Source of the DNA: an uncultured Chthoniobacterales bacterium
GTDB lineage: Bacteria; Verrucomicrobiota; Verrucomicrobiia; Chthoniobacterales; CALDSX01
Assembly (NCBI GenBank): GCA_937924445.1
Contig: CALDSX010000015.1
Coordinates: 986 to 64,985, forward strand
Direction: 5' to 3'
Length of the DNA stretch: 64,000 bases
The notes beneath the pieces are model-generated. The model searched no databases and was not told where the DNA came from. It worked only from the letters and a program-made list of their open reading frames with translations. Each line of letters starts with the position of its first letter. Position 1 is the first letter of the stretch. The position numbers were made by a program, and so were the translations under genes. Of this stretch, positions 26,647-36,122 are shown piece after piece.

Positions 26647-28087
26647 GTCCCCCGATTCAGGCAGAGAAAGACTAAGTTTGGCAGAGGAGGCCGCCCATCG
26701 TGCTCGCAACATTGCCGCACGCTTACGCGATGCGGGCCACGAAGCGTTGTGGGCAGGGGGTGCGGTGCGGGATATGCTCCTCGGGCGACCATGCTCAGAC
26801 ATTGACATCGCCACTAGCGCACGCCCTGAAGAGGTTGTGGCGCTCTTTAAACGCACGGCGACGGTGGGTGCACACTTCGGTGTGGTTATCGTTGTGGAGG
26901 AGGGTGTGCCCTTTGAGGTGGCGACTTTTCGAACTGACGGACTCTATTTGGACGGACGCCGACCAGAGGAAATCCGCTTTGCCACGGCAAAGGAGGATGC
27001 CCTAAGGAGAGACTTTACGATTAACGGCATGTTCTACGATCCGTTCGAGGAACGGGTTATTGATTATGTCGAAGGCAAGACCGATCTCAAAGCCGGAGTT
27101 GTTCGTGCGATTGGCGATCCGGCGGCAAGGTTTTCGGAAGATAAACTGCGACTCCTGCGCTGCATTCGTTTTGCCGCCATGCTCGGGTTTAAGGTTGAAT
27201 CTGCGACGTGGAAGGCCGTGAAAGAGCTGGCATCAGAAATCCACGCCGTTAGTGCGGAGCGCATTAGGGAGGAACTCGACCGAATGATCTCCAGCCCCAC
27301 CCGTTTACAGGCTTTGGATTTACTTGATGCAGCCGGATTGTTACAGGAGGTGTTGCCAGAAGTGGCCGCACTCAAAGGCTGCCAGCAACCGCCCCAATTT
27401 CACCCTGAAGGGGATGTTTTTGTTCACACCCGACTGATGCTCAGCATGTTGGCAGATGACGCTTCACCGACACTTTGTTGGGCGGTGTTACTTCATGACA
27501 TCGGAAAGCCGCCCACAGCAAAGATAGACGAAGATGGACGGATCCGCTTCAACGGTCATGATGCTGTCGGAGCACAAATGACAGAGCAGATACTGCGCCG
27601 CCTGCGTTTCCCCAACGTTTTCATTGAGCGCGTCGTTGAGGCGGTGGCCATGCACATGATGTTCAAGGACGTGGCAAACATGCGGATTTCGAAGCTGCGC
27701 CGTTTTATGGCCCGTCCGGGTTTTGAGGAAGAACTTGAACTGCACCGCGTGGACTGTCTCAGCAGCCACGGATTACTGGACAACCACAAATTTCTTCTTG
27801 CCAAAGAGAGAGAATTTGCGAGCGAACCGCTCCTGCCTCCCCCGCTTATTCGTGGCTCCGACTTGATAGCCCTTGGCTGGAAACCGGGCCCGATGCTGGG
27901 CAAAGCTCTGGAGGCCGCGCAAAACGCCCGTCTCGAAGGTCTCGTCTCTACCCGTGAAGAAGCTCTTGCCTATGTAAAAAAAGTGTTTGGCGCGCCAACC
28001 CAGACACCGGAAAGCTCAATGATGTCAGACAAAGAATTTTGCGTTGAGGGTATGACATCGCCTTGTTCGCCCCGCGGGATCACTTAG
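26645..28087 (+). CDS. cca: CCA-adding tRNA nucleotidyltransferase with HD domain
   Basis: WAGGAVRDMLLGRPCSDIDIAT and RRDFTINGM (PolyA_pol head), then LLHDIGKP (HD). The ORF is open from 26561. The first plausible ATG is 26645 (MSPDSGRERL). Confidence 0.85.
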   Translation: MSPDSGRERLSLAEEAAHRARNIAARLRDAGHEALWAGGAVRDMLLGRPCSDIDIATSARPEEVVALFKRTATVGAHFGVVIVVEEGVPFEVATFRTDGLYLDGRRPEEIRFATAKEDALRRDFTINGMFYDPFEERVIDYVEGKTDLKAGVVRAIGDPAARFSEDKLRLLRCIRFAAMLGFKVESATWKAVKELASEIHAVSAERIREELDRMISSPTRLQALDLLDAAGLLQEVLPEVAALKGCQQPPQFHPEGDVFVHTRLMLSMLADDASPTLCWAVLLHDIGKPPTAKIDEDGRIRFNGHDAVGAQMTEQILRRLRFPNVFIERVVEAVAMHMMFKDVANMRISKLRRFMARPGFEEELELHRVDCLSSHGLLDNHKFLLAKEREFASEPLLPPPLIRGSDLIALGWKPGPMLGKALEAAQNARLEGLVSTREEALAYVKKVFGAPTQTPESSMMSDKEFCVEGMTSPCSPRGIT

Positions 28088-28134
28088 AGAAACCTTTTTT
28101 CCACTGCCGCCGGTGGGCGGATTCTCCGAGACGA

Positions 28135-29130
28135 TTAACCCCCTTCGGAAGCAGTCGTTACCTCGGTGCTTGAGACCTGCTCAAAGACGCCGTGGGCGCG
28201 ATATTTTTCGTAGCGCGCATCCAGGAGTTTTTCGATGGGTATTGGGATCAAATCATCCAAGGCTCGGAGAATAGCTGTCTTGACCCACTCGGCTGTGAGG
28301 GCAGGGTTACGGTGGGCACCGCCTTCCGGTTCTGGGATTATTTCATCCACAAGCCCGAATTCCTTGAGGTCAGCTGCGGTAAGGCGCAGGGCCTCAGCAG
28401 CTTCTGCGGCATGTTTTCGGTCACGCCAGAGAATGGCACTGCATGCCTCCGGGCTGATCACGGAGTAATAGGCATTTTCAAGAATCAAAACCCTGTCGGC
28501 AACTCCAATTCCGAGGGCCCCACCTGATCCTCCCTCGCCAATTACCACCGCAACGATTGGGGTAGGGAGCACTGCCATTTCCCGTAGATTCACTGCGATT
28601 GATTCGGCAATATGACGTTCTTCCGCTCCGATGCCGGGATAGGCGCCGGGGATATCAATGAGCGCAACAACGGGCAGGCCAAATTTTGCGGCCAGGCGCA
28701 TAAGGCGAAGGGCTTTGCGGTAGCCCTCAGGATGGGCGCTGCCGAAGTTGCGACGAAGGTTTTCTTTCAAATCCCGTCCTTTTTGGTTGGCAAGCAGAAC
28801 CACACGATAGGGTCCAATTGTTGCCAGGCCGCACGGCATCGATTCGTCATCGCCAAAGAGCCGGTCACCGTGTAATTCGACGAAGTCAGAAAAACAGGCT
28901 TCGACGTAATCGAGAGCGAACGGGCGGCAGGTGTGACGCGCAATTTGAACTCGCTGCCATGGAGTCAAGTGTTGATAAATCTCGCGTCGCGACTCTTGAA
29001 GTCTTCTCTCGAGCTTGCTGATCTCACTCGACAGATCAATTTTGCTCTCGCCACTCTGACGCCGAAGTTCATCAAGTTTTGCTTCGAGTTCAACGACTGG
29101 TTTTTCAAACGGGAGTGGTGGGATGTTCAT
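28135..29130 (-). CDS. accA: Acetyl-CoA carboxylase carboxyltransferase subunit alpha
   Basis: 331 aa with LTPWQRVQIARHTCRP, DIPGAYPGIGAEERHIAESIA and IGEGGSGGALGIG. Confidence 0.95.
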   Translation of the reverse strand: MNIPPLPFEKPVVELEAKLDELRRQSGESKIDLSSEISKLERRLQESRREIYQHLTPWQRVQIARHTCRPFALDYVEACFSDFVELHGDRLFGDDESMPCGLATIGPYRVVLLANQKGRDLKENLRRNFGSAHPEGYRKALRLMRLAAKFGLPVVALIDIPGAYPGIGAEERHIAESIAVNLREMAVLPTPIVAVVIGEGGSGGALGIGVADRVLILENAYYSVISPEACSAILWRDRKHAAEAAEALRLTAADLKEFGLVDEIIPEPEGGAHRNPALTAEWVKTAILRALDDLIPIPIEKLLDARYEKYRAHGVFEQVSSTEVTTASEGG

Positions 29131-30035
29131 TGTGCTAAAATCTGCACTGGCGTGCCGTTTTTGACGAGAAGGAATATCTCTTCGAGATCAGTTGGGTCAA
29201 GGCTGAAGCCGGTGCCCCCTTGAACCTTGGCATTTTTACCGTCATTATCTGTTGCGTGGATGTTGAATCCAGAGGCGCGCGTTGTGATGGTTCGCGTGGC
29301 GTTAAAATAGGCCGGATCGCCAAAGGCCACACGCACACCATCCTGCAGTGAGATTTTTTCAAGCACTTGGGTCTCCAGAGGAAACTTTGCCCCGGGCGGG
29401 AGCTTGAAGCCTCGTATGGGATATTCCTTGAGAAAATCATCGCCATCGAAAATCTGCAAAACGGAGTGTTGCAGATAGATCACAATCGCGATGTTCAGGA
29501 TGGGGATGTGCAGGGTGTCTCCATTACGTATGGTCGTGCCCTGGAGATTGTTGGCTCGTACAATTAACTCGGCTGGTGCCCCGGTCTTCGCCGCTATTTT
29601 ACTGATGGCGTCGCCAGGCTGGACGACGTAGGTGCTTTTGCCTGGAGACTCCCCGGGCTGCAGGATGAGAGTTAGATTTACTTCTCCCAATAATGATTTT
29701 ATAACGGGTAGATGTTTGACATCAGCCGGCTTGGCCAGTAGTTCCCTCAACATCTGTTGTGCTTTGATCAAGTCTCCATCACCCGCAGCTGCGCTAGCCT
29801 CTTTAAGCACGAGATACTCTCTATCGTTCTGCTGTTGGAATGCTGTCGACTCGGGGGCATCTCCACTTTGATCGTCTTTGCCACCCATCTCTCCCAACAC
29901 AAGGCTTGTTTTTGCCGGAGCAATGGCGCCCTTAATTTTGACGGCCAAAAAAGCCAAGGAGCCACGTCCCCACATCCACCATCCGAAAACCAAAAGGCTG
30001 GCGACGAGAGCAACCAGGGCAATTATGCGTGACAT
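29127..30035 (-). CDS. Membrane-anchored LysM protein with a YkuD (L,D-transpeptidase)-like domain lacking the catalytic Cys
   Basis: N-terminal TM helix IIALVALVASLLVFGWWMW. LysM domain YVVQPGDAISKIAAKTGAPAELIVRANNLQGTTIRNGDTLHIP. The YkuD-like part is GFNIHAT...GGTGFSLDPTDLEEIFLLVKNGTPVQI. An ATGA overlap links it to accA at 29127-29130. Confidence 0.7.
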   Translation of the reverse strand: MSRIIALVALVASLLVFGWWMWGRGSLAFLAVKIKGAIAPAKTSLVLGEMGGKDDQSGDAPESTAFQQQNDREYLVLKEASAAAGDGDLIKAQQMLRELLAKPADVKHLPVIKSLLGEVNLTLILQPGESPGKSTYVVQPGDAISKIAAKTGAPAELIVRANNLQGTTIRNGDTLHIPILNIAIVIYLQHSVLQIFDGDDFLKEYPIRGFKLPPGAKFPLETQVLEKISLQDGVRVAFGDPAYFNATRTITTRASGFNIHATDNDGKNAKVQGGTGFSLDPTDLEEIFLLVKNGTPVQILAQ

Positions 30036-30085
30036 TGCGGTATGCGCCTTCCCATGTAGATATCTTGGGGAGGGTTGGGGTTTGG

Positions 30086-30652
30086 TTAAATCAGCCCGTC
30101 TTGACGAAAGTCTCTTAAATTTCCGGAGGCGGAGCGCTGAATAATATCAACGGTAAATTTCAAAAGGCAAACTTCCCAAGCGTCATCCACCCCGTAAATC
30201 AAGGCTTCGAGCGAATCCTCGCGTGCAGACACTTCTTGTGACACCATCTCGATGGCTTGTTCGATGGGTGCTGTGATCACCCTGTCAGCCACAGCGATCT
30301 TGCGGATTTGAAATCCGTATTTGAGCACTGTCAGCTGGGGCCCTTGATTGGTGAGCCATTCGGCAAATGCCGCGGTCTCTTCACCAAAGCCTTCGAGCAA
30401 AAGTTTGCTCAGTGTTTGTGGCGTTATAAGAGAGGGGCGTTGCGCATGGATCTCACCAGACCGCACACGAACTTTATCCACCTCGTCCATTAGTTCCGAG
30501 AGGAACTGGTATTTGAAACGGGTATCTCCAAAAGTCGCAATACGACGCGTGGGAACACGCAAAATGCGCGTGTTCTCGATGGCATAATCAAAATCGCTTT
30601 GCTTCCACATGTAAAGAGATCTTCTATCGCCGCATTGAATGGATGACCTCAT
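30086..30652 (-). CDS. Hypothetical protein (no family recognised)
   Basis: 188-aa ORF, with an alternative start MWKQSDF at 30610. It is co-directional between acpP and the LysM/accA pair. The composition looks globular with no TM helix. Confidence 0.55.
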   Translation of the reverse strand: MRSSIQCGDRRSLYMWKQSDFDYAIENTRILRVPTRRIATFGDTRFKYQFLSELMDEVDKVRVRSGEIHAQRPSLITPQTLSKLLLEGFGEETAAFAEWLTNQGPQLTVLKYGFQIRKIAVADRVITAPIEQAIEMVSQEVSAREDSLEALIYGVDDAWEVCLLKFTVDIIQRSASGNLRDFRQDGLI

Positions 30653-30733
30653 CCGCGAAAAGCACCCGACCGAGTTTACGATCCCTTCAACACAACGCCA
30701 GGTGCATGCTCACCGAGCCCTTTTTGCGGTTGG

Positions 30734-30757
30734 AAAAAGCCGTGGCATGAATGCCAC
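30734..30757 (-). terminator. Candidate Rho-independent terminator downstream of acpP
   Basis: The minus strand reads GTGGCATTCATGCCAC GGC TTTTT CC, a 6-7 bp stem plus a T5 run, about 107 nt after the acpP stop. Confidence 0.35.
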
Positions 30758-30864
30758 CCTGGCCCTTGATCGTAGGGTCACACCACAAGCCGAAGTCTGA
30801 GGAGCCGTCTGCTATTTTAGGCTGAGATGCAGGTGGCTGTTGTTGAAAGTCGAAGCGGATGTCT

Positions 30865-31119
30865 TTACTTGGCCTGCTTTTCTTCGATGTAGCGTAGAAC
30901 ATCTCCGACGGTTTGCAACTTCTCCGCTTCTTCGTCGGGAACCTCGACCCCAAGCTGTTCCTCAAATGCCATGATCAACTCCACAACGTCCAGCGAATCA
31001 GCACCGAGGTCTTCACTAAATTTGGCCTCAGGAGTGAGTTGCTCGGCGTTGACCCCGAGTTGTTCAATGATGATTTCTTTGACTTTATCTTCGAGCGATT
31101 TTTCCGGAGTGTCAGACAT
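30865..31119 (-). CDS. acpP: Acyl carrier protein
   Basis: 84 aa. [18 protein letters not shown] contains the phosphopantetheine-attachment Ser. Confidence 0.95.
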   Translation of the reverse strand: MSDTPEKSLEDKVKEIIIEQLGVNAEQLTPEAKFSEDLGADSLDVVELIMAFEEQLGVEVPDEEAEKLQTVGDVLRYIEEKQAK

Positions 31120-31294
31120 AGGAGTGAGTTTATGGATGGGGTGGGAGCCGTTTGCAACAACGGATTAAACTAGATATTCCACCGTTGAAAGGTTCCATGT
31201 AAAGCATTTACCGAAGCGTTCAAGAAATTTTTAGTTAAATTTTTGCACCTTTTCTACTATTGCCGTGTAACACACACTGGGGTAATCAAATCTC

Positions 31295-33214
31295 GTGAGC
31301 GATAAACAGATTTTTGAGAATTTTGACCTTCGCCTCCTGCCAGATTGGTTGAAAGAGGATCCCTCCCCATCTCGGCACAAAGGTTCGTCCTTCTCCGAAG
31401 ACTTAAGCGATGCTGGGCGTTCTGCGGGCGATGATGCCAGGCCCGCTTATCAAGAAGATCAAAGAAGAAAAGACCGCAGCCGAAAGCGACCAAGTGATCC
31501 GGAGCGCCACAAACCGCAAGCTCGCGGGCACCAGCGGCATCGTGAGGATCCGAAAACTCCGGCGCGCTCATCGGAAGGGGAGCGCCGACCTCATGGCCAG
31601 GCGCTTCGCAAAAACCGACTGCGGCACTCGCATCCTACTGTGGCTCAACAAATAAACGTGAAAATAAGCTTCAAACCGGAGCCGCAATTTGTTGAGAACG
31701 TTCTGCCCAAGCTCAAACAGACCCTCGTCACCTTTCCGCTTTACAAACTCGCCAGTATGTTTCTTGCCGAGCCGACGCGGCATCGTGTGGTTTTGAAGCG
31801 CAAACAACCTGGTTGTGCCGGCTTTTTGACCACCCACGACCGTTTGTTCGTTCTGATGGATGACACTCCTCGCGAACAGGTCGAACAGGTCGCTTTCAAG
31901 GCTCTTGCGCATAAATTCTACCGGACCGAAAAAATCATCGGGCCGGAGATTCGCGGAAACTTCCGCTCCGTCGCAGTTTGCCGCCTTACTGGCGAAGTGA
32001 TCGGTCCCTCAAATCATCATTCCTATCCCTTCACCTTGAAGCGAATTTACGAGGAACGGTTCTCTCGCCGCATGTCGTTCGAGCGTTTCAAAGAATCTAT
32101 CATTCAGGCAACTGATGAAGAGACCCTCAACAAATGGAAAGAGCAGGTGCGATACAAAATTGTCTGGCACCCAATTCCATGCCCCAACCCAGATACTGGC
32201 ACACCCTTGACCCCGACCTCACATTTGGCCGATAACGATGTGAGTGCCGAGCAGCCCTCTGCGCCTGCGGTGGCCGAACAATTTGTTCCAATTCAAAAAC
32301 AGCCCCCCCCTGAGGAGGCTCTGTGTCCAGAATTGCCCCAGGACCAAGAGGAGCCCCCTCAACCCGACGCAGCACCTGCGATAGAACAGCCCGCCGCCCC
32401 ACCCGAACAAAACGCCCTCCCTGCAGAGCAGTCTAACGCCATTGGAGATGGGGCAGCTTCTTTAAAATCCCAAACGCTCCAAAATCCTATCTTCGAATCC
32501 GAGGCCGCTGTTCGGCGGGATTTCATCGAGAATCACCTTCCAAAACTCCTCGTGCGTTGTGATGAGGTGGAACTCACCGGCCCTCAGGCTCGGAGTGTCG
32601 TTTCTGGCCCTCTCCTTCATGCCCTTCGTCGTGCCTTCGAAGCAGAATCCCGCTTCCCTGAAACTCTCGCTCGCGCACTCGCGGAAGAAGCTCACGAGAT
32701 GGGATTGTCTGTTTTTAAATTGGACAAGAAGGTCGTCTGCGTCGCGGCCGTTCACCCTGTTGTTGTGGATCCTGACTCTCCACTGCTCGCTGACGGAGTG
32801 GCTGCCATTTTAAAAGTTGTCCGCTCCAAGCCGGCCTGTCGTCGTTCGGATGTTGCCGAAGAATTGCTCGGCAGCGTCGAACCACCTAGCGATGCAGAAA
32901 CTGACGCTCAACGTGAAGCGTGGGAAAAACGGCGTGCCGCCTTCCTCAAGGATTTGCGGTTTGCTCTCTCTGCCGGCTTTATCGTTGAACTTAACGACGG
33001 AACACTCCATCTGATCACACAATCCCGTCACAGCTCTGTTGAACGTTCTGAGCCGACATCGTCCAATCAGATCGCGTCCCTAACAAGAGCTTTGGAGGCG
33101 TTATCCGACCAAGGGTCTTTCGCACGGATCGAAGCGCAAATTGCTCCACAACCGGGCCCCACTTCCGATCCCGCCAGCGCAACGGCACCCGTTCCCACCG
33201 AAGAGCAAGTCTGA
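31295..33214 (+). CDS. Large hypothetical protein with a basic disordered N-terminus, a globular core and a Pro/Gln/Glu-rich linker
   Basis: GTG start, 639 aa. Residues ~30-115 are Arg/Lys/His-rich (RRKDRSRKRPSDPERHKPQARGHQRHRED). The PPPEEALCPELPQDQEEPPQPDAAPAIEQPAAPPEQ linker follows. No family recognised. Confidence 0.6.
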   Translation: MSDKQIFENFDLRLLPDWLKEDPSPSRHKGSSFSEDLSDAGRSAGDDARPAYQEDQRRKDRSRKRPSDPERHKPQARGHQRHREDPKTPARSSEGERRPHGQALRKNRLRHSHPTVAQQINVKISFKPEPQFVENVLPKLKQTLVTFPLYKLASMFLAEPTRHRVVLKRKQPGCAGFLTTHDRLFVLMDDTPREQVEQVAFKALAHKFYRTEKIIGPEIRGNFRSVAVCRLTGEVIGPSNHHSYPFTLKRIYEERFSRRMSFERFKESIIQATDEETLNKWKEQVRYKIVWHPIPCPNPDTGTPLTPTSHLADNDVSAEQPSAPAVAEQFVPIQKQPPPEEALCPELPQDQEEPPQPDAAPAIEQPAAPPEQNALPAEQSNAIGDGAASLKSQTLQNPIFESEAAVRRDFIENHLPKLLVRCDEVELTGPQARSVVSGPLLHALRRAFEAESRFPETLARALAEEAHEMGLSVFKLDKKVVCVAAVHPVVVDPDSPLLADGVAAILKVVRSKPACRRSDVAEELLGSVEPPSDAETDAQREAWEKRRAAFLKDLRFALSAGFIVELNDGTLHLITQSRHSSVERSEPTSSNQIASLTRALEALSDQGSFARIEAQIAPQPGPTSDPASATAPVPTEEQV

Positions 33215-33446
33215 CTCCGGCAGCGTGACGCGTGGGGTGTTTCGCACCGACAACGCGCCGATTTGGTTTGAAAAGTCGTTCTAAATCGACAGAGAAGTCT
33301 CTCCTGCCAAGCCATGAGAAAGCGGAACAGGCAAAGTGTGGGAAGTAACAGGAAGAATTCTCACACCGCTTTGGTAGGCGATGGCGTAGAGGCAAAAGCG
33401 AATGAACACCGGATTTACGAGTCACCAGCAGATGACTGAGCCGGAC

Positions 33447-36101
33447 TTAATCGGAGGCCAGGTGCTCGAAGAGGGTCTGGATTTCATTACGGGCGTTAAC
33501 AGCAAGGGCGAGCAGTTCAGCCGGGCCGGTGAGGCGGAGTTGACGGGCGAGGCGCCTCTGTGCAGCGGGGTCGCGGGGGAGCATTTCCAGCCCCTCGTTC
33601 CGCCGCCGTCGAATGGCGAGTTCGAGGCGGCGAAGCGTTGTGATCGACGATTGAAGCCGATCTGCTTCTGCAGTAGGGATAACACCGGTATCGCGCAGAA
33701 GACGAATGCCTGCGAATGTGCCTGGTTGTCGGATGCGATGTCGCATGAGTTTGCCTTGGACAAGAAATTCGGCGGTCATCAACCCACCGCGTCCTGTTTT
33801 GAGCGCGAACGGCGCGTTTTCGCCCGCACGCACGGCTGCAATCCGATCAAGCATCGCGCGGAGCTTCGTCCAGAGTTCCGGATGGCCACATGCGTCGTGC
33901 CAGACGTCCTCTAGAGCATTGCTGAAAGAGAGTGTCTCCTCATCAGATGTGATCGGACGCGCTTTTGTGAGAATTTGTTTTTCCCAAAAATCTGCCCTCC
34001 CATTGGTGGCGTGGTAAGCGAGGAATTGTTTTGTGGTGATGACGAGCGGTCCAGCGGCACCATCCGGCCGTAAACGGGCGTCCATCGGGAAGAGAATTCC
34101 CTCAGCGGTGTGAGCAGCCATAGTTCGCATGAGTTTGGCGGCGGCGGCGGGCGATCCCCCGATAAATAGGACGTCGAGATCGGAGCCATAGGCGAGTTCG
34201 CGCCCGCCGAATTTGCCCAGGGCGATGATGCCAGGAATGTCCTTGGTCGTCGCGAGGAGATTTTCGATGCAGAAAAGCAGAGCGGCTTCGGCGACGGCAC
34301 TATATTCGGCCATAACCTCCTCGATGTTTATGAACCCGAGTATGTCCTTCAGGGCAATACGAAGGATGGCTTCGCGTCGGTAAATACGAGCCCATTCAAG
34401 GGGTGCGAGCCCCTCGTCATTGGCCCGGAACCGCTCGAGGTGCCCAGCCAGATCGAGACTGCGAGCAAGGGAGCCGTCGCGGGCAATCTCCTCAATGATC
34501 TGGGGGCGGCGAATGGCCACCTCCGACAAAAATGGGCTATGATCGAAAAGTCCGATGATCAGGTCGAGCAAGCGGGGGTTGGTAGCGAGACTTTCAAAAA
34601 GTAAGCCGAGTAGACCGTAGCGTTCGGCAAAGCGGGCAAACAGAGCGAGCGCCCCATCCGGGTCGCCGGCCTCGCTGAGACGTTGTAACAGTGTGGGTTG
34701 AAGAGTGAGGAAACTTTTAAGGGTGCGACTCGTGCGATGCCCAATGCTTGGCAAGGCTGTGAACGAATCGAGAATGTGCTTTGCAGCGTCGGCGTCCCCG
34801 AAGGCGCTCAGATCGGGAGGGAGCTCAACCGAGGCGGGTGCCGATTCTATCGTCCGTTCAAAGATAAGGCGTACCTGTGCGCGCTGATCTGTGATCTCCT
34901 TACTAAGAGCAGCACCACAGGAATGACCGGTGAGGTGCGCGAGATCCTCCATCGCCCTTTCGTCCACAGGCAGGATATGCGTTTGCATCTCTTCAGGCAT
35001 TTGAAGACGGTGCTCTACCTGACGAAAAAGGCGGTAAGCGGCGGCTAGAATTTCAGCATCCCGAGAGCTAAGAACTCCGGCGGAGGGGAGATGCGCCAGC
35101 GTTTTGAGGGTGTTGGCCTGTTGGAGAAATGGATGGCGAGCGCCGTGGAGGAGTTGTAGTGCTTGAACGACAAACTCAATCTCGCGGATCCCACCGCGGC
35201 CAAGTTTGATGTGTCGATCCAGGTTTGCCTGACCGACGATTTCTTTTTCAATGCGCCCCTTTACAGCGGCAATTTCATCAAGCACGCCAGGATGGATATG
35301 ACGGGGATAGATAAAAGGCTGGAGGTGCTGGAGAAATTCATACACCAGTTCTTGGCTGCCGGCGCAGAAACGGGCTTTGGTAAGGGCCATGCGCTCCCAC
35401 GTCTCACCACGTGCGGCGTAGTAGGTCTCCATTGCTTCGAGAGAGCGTGCAAGCGGCCCCGCAGTTCCTTCTGGACGGAGACGGAGATCCATGCGAAAGA
35501 GCGGCCCGTCGGGGCTTGCCACACTAAAGGCTGATGCAATCCTTTCTGCGAGCAAATTGAAGAAGCGATGCCGTGCCAATCCGGAACCCGAGCCTGGCAT
35601 ATGGCCCTCCTCGCCGTAGAGGAATATAACATCAATATCGGAACAGAAGTTGAGTTCACGTCCGCCAAGTTTTCCCATGCCAAGAATAGCAAAAGAGGTG
35701 CCGGGGTCACCATGTAAAGAGATCAGCGGAGCGAGCCGGGATTCGAGTGCAACGCGAAGACAGACGTCGGCAAGGTCGCTAAGATCTGCTGTTGTTTCCT
35801 CAAGAGTGGCCACTCCAGATAAATCACGCAGACCGATGCGTAGCATTTCACGTCCGCGTTGGCGGCGCAGGGCGCGAAGAGCAGGGTCACAGGCGGCTTG
35901 TGGGTCAAGACGGGCTAAATCGGTCAGAATGCGCCCCTGGTCACGACCAAAGGCACAGACGGCAGGGTCGGAGAGCCACTCCAACGCGCCAGAATCCGAT
36001 TTCAAACGTCGGAGAGCAATTGGAACATGACGCAAGTAAAACTCCAGCGCGTCTCGCCCCAGCGGAAAATCGTGAGGTAATTCCAGGGTTAAGTCCTCCA
36101 C
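33447..36101 (-). CDS. glnE: Bifunctional glutamine synthetase adenylyltransferase/adenylyl-removing enzyme
   Basis: 884 aa with two nucleotidyltransferase modules: GKLGGRELNFCSDIDVIFLY and GKFGGRELAYGSDLDVLFI. Confidence 0.9.
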   Translation of the reverse strand: MEDLTLELPHDFPLGRDALEFYLRHVPIALRRLKSDSGALEWLSDPAVCAFGRDQGRILTDLARLDPQAACDPALRALRRQRGREMLRIGLRDLSGVATLEETTADLSDLADVCLRVALESRLAPLISLHGDPGTSFAILGMGKLGGRELNFCSDIDVIFLYGEEGHMPGSGSGLARHRFFNLLAERIASAFSVASPDGPLFRMDLRLRPEGTAGPLARSLEAMETYYAARGETWERMALTKARFCAGSQELVYEFLQHLQPFIYPRHIHPGVLDEIAAVKGRIEKEIVGQANLDRHIKLGRGGIREIEFVVQALQLLHGARHPFLQQANTLKTLAHLPSAGVLSSRDAEILAAAYRLFRQVEHRLQMPEEMQTHILPVDERAMEDLAHLTGHSCGAALSKEITDQRAQVRLIFERTIESAPASVELPPDLSAFGDADAAKHILDSFTALPSIGHRTSRTLKSFLTLQPTLLQRLSEAGDPDGALALFARFAERYGLLGLLFESLATNPRLLDLIIGLFDHSPFLSEVAIRRPQIIEEIARDGSLARSLDLAGHLERFRANDEGLAPLEWARIYRREAILRIALKDILGFINIEEVMAEYSAVAEAALLFCIENLLATTKDIPGIIALGKFGGRELAYGSDLDVLFIGGSPAAAAKLMRTMAAHTAEGILFPMDARLRPDGAAGPLVITTKQFLAYHATNGRADFWEKQILTKARPITSDEETLSFSNALEDVWHDACGHPELWTKLRAMLDRIAAVRAGENAPFALKTGRGGLMTAEFLVQGKLMRHRIRQPGTFAGIRLLRDTGVIPTAEADRLQSSITTLRRLELAIRRRRNEGLEMLPRDPAAQRRLARQLRLTGPAELLALAVNARNEIQTLFEHLASD

Positions 36102-36122
36102 GGTAAAATAGGGAGATGGCTT

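Noticed and set aside
28107-28120. A GC hairpin CCGCC-GGTG-GGCGG between convergent cca and accA, considered as a bidirectional terminator
   Set aside because: The T-run lies upstream rather than downstream on the plus strand, and an A-run follows it on the minus strand. It therefore does not fit an intrinsic terminator in either direction.
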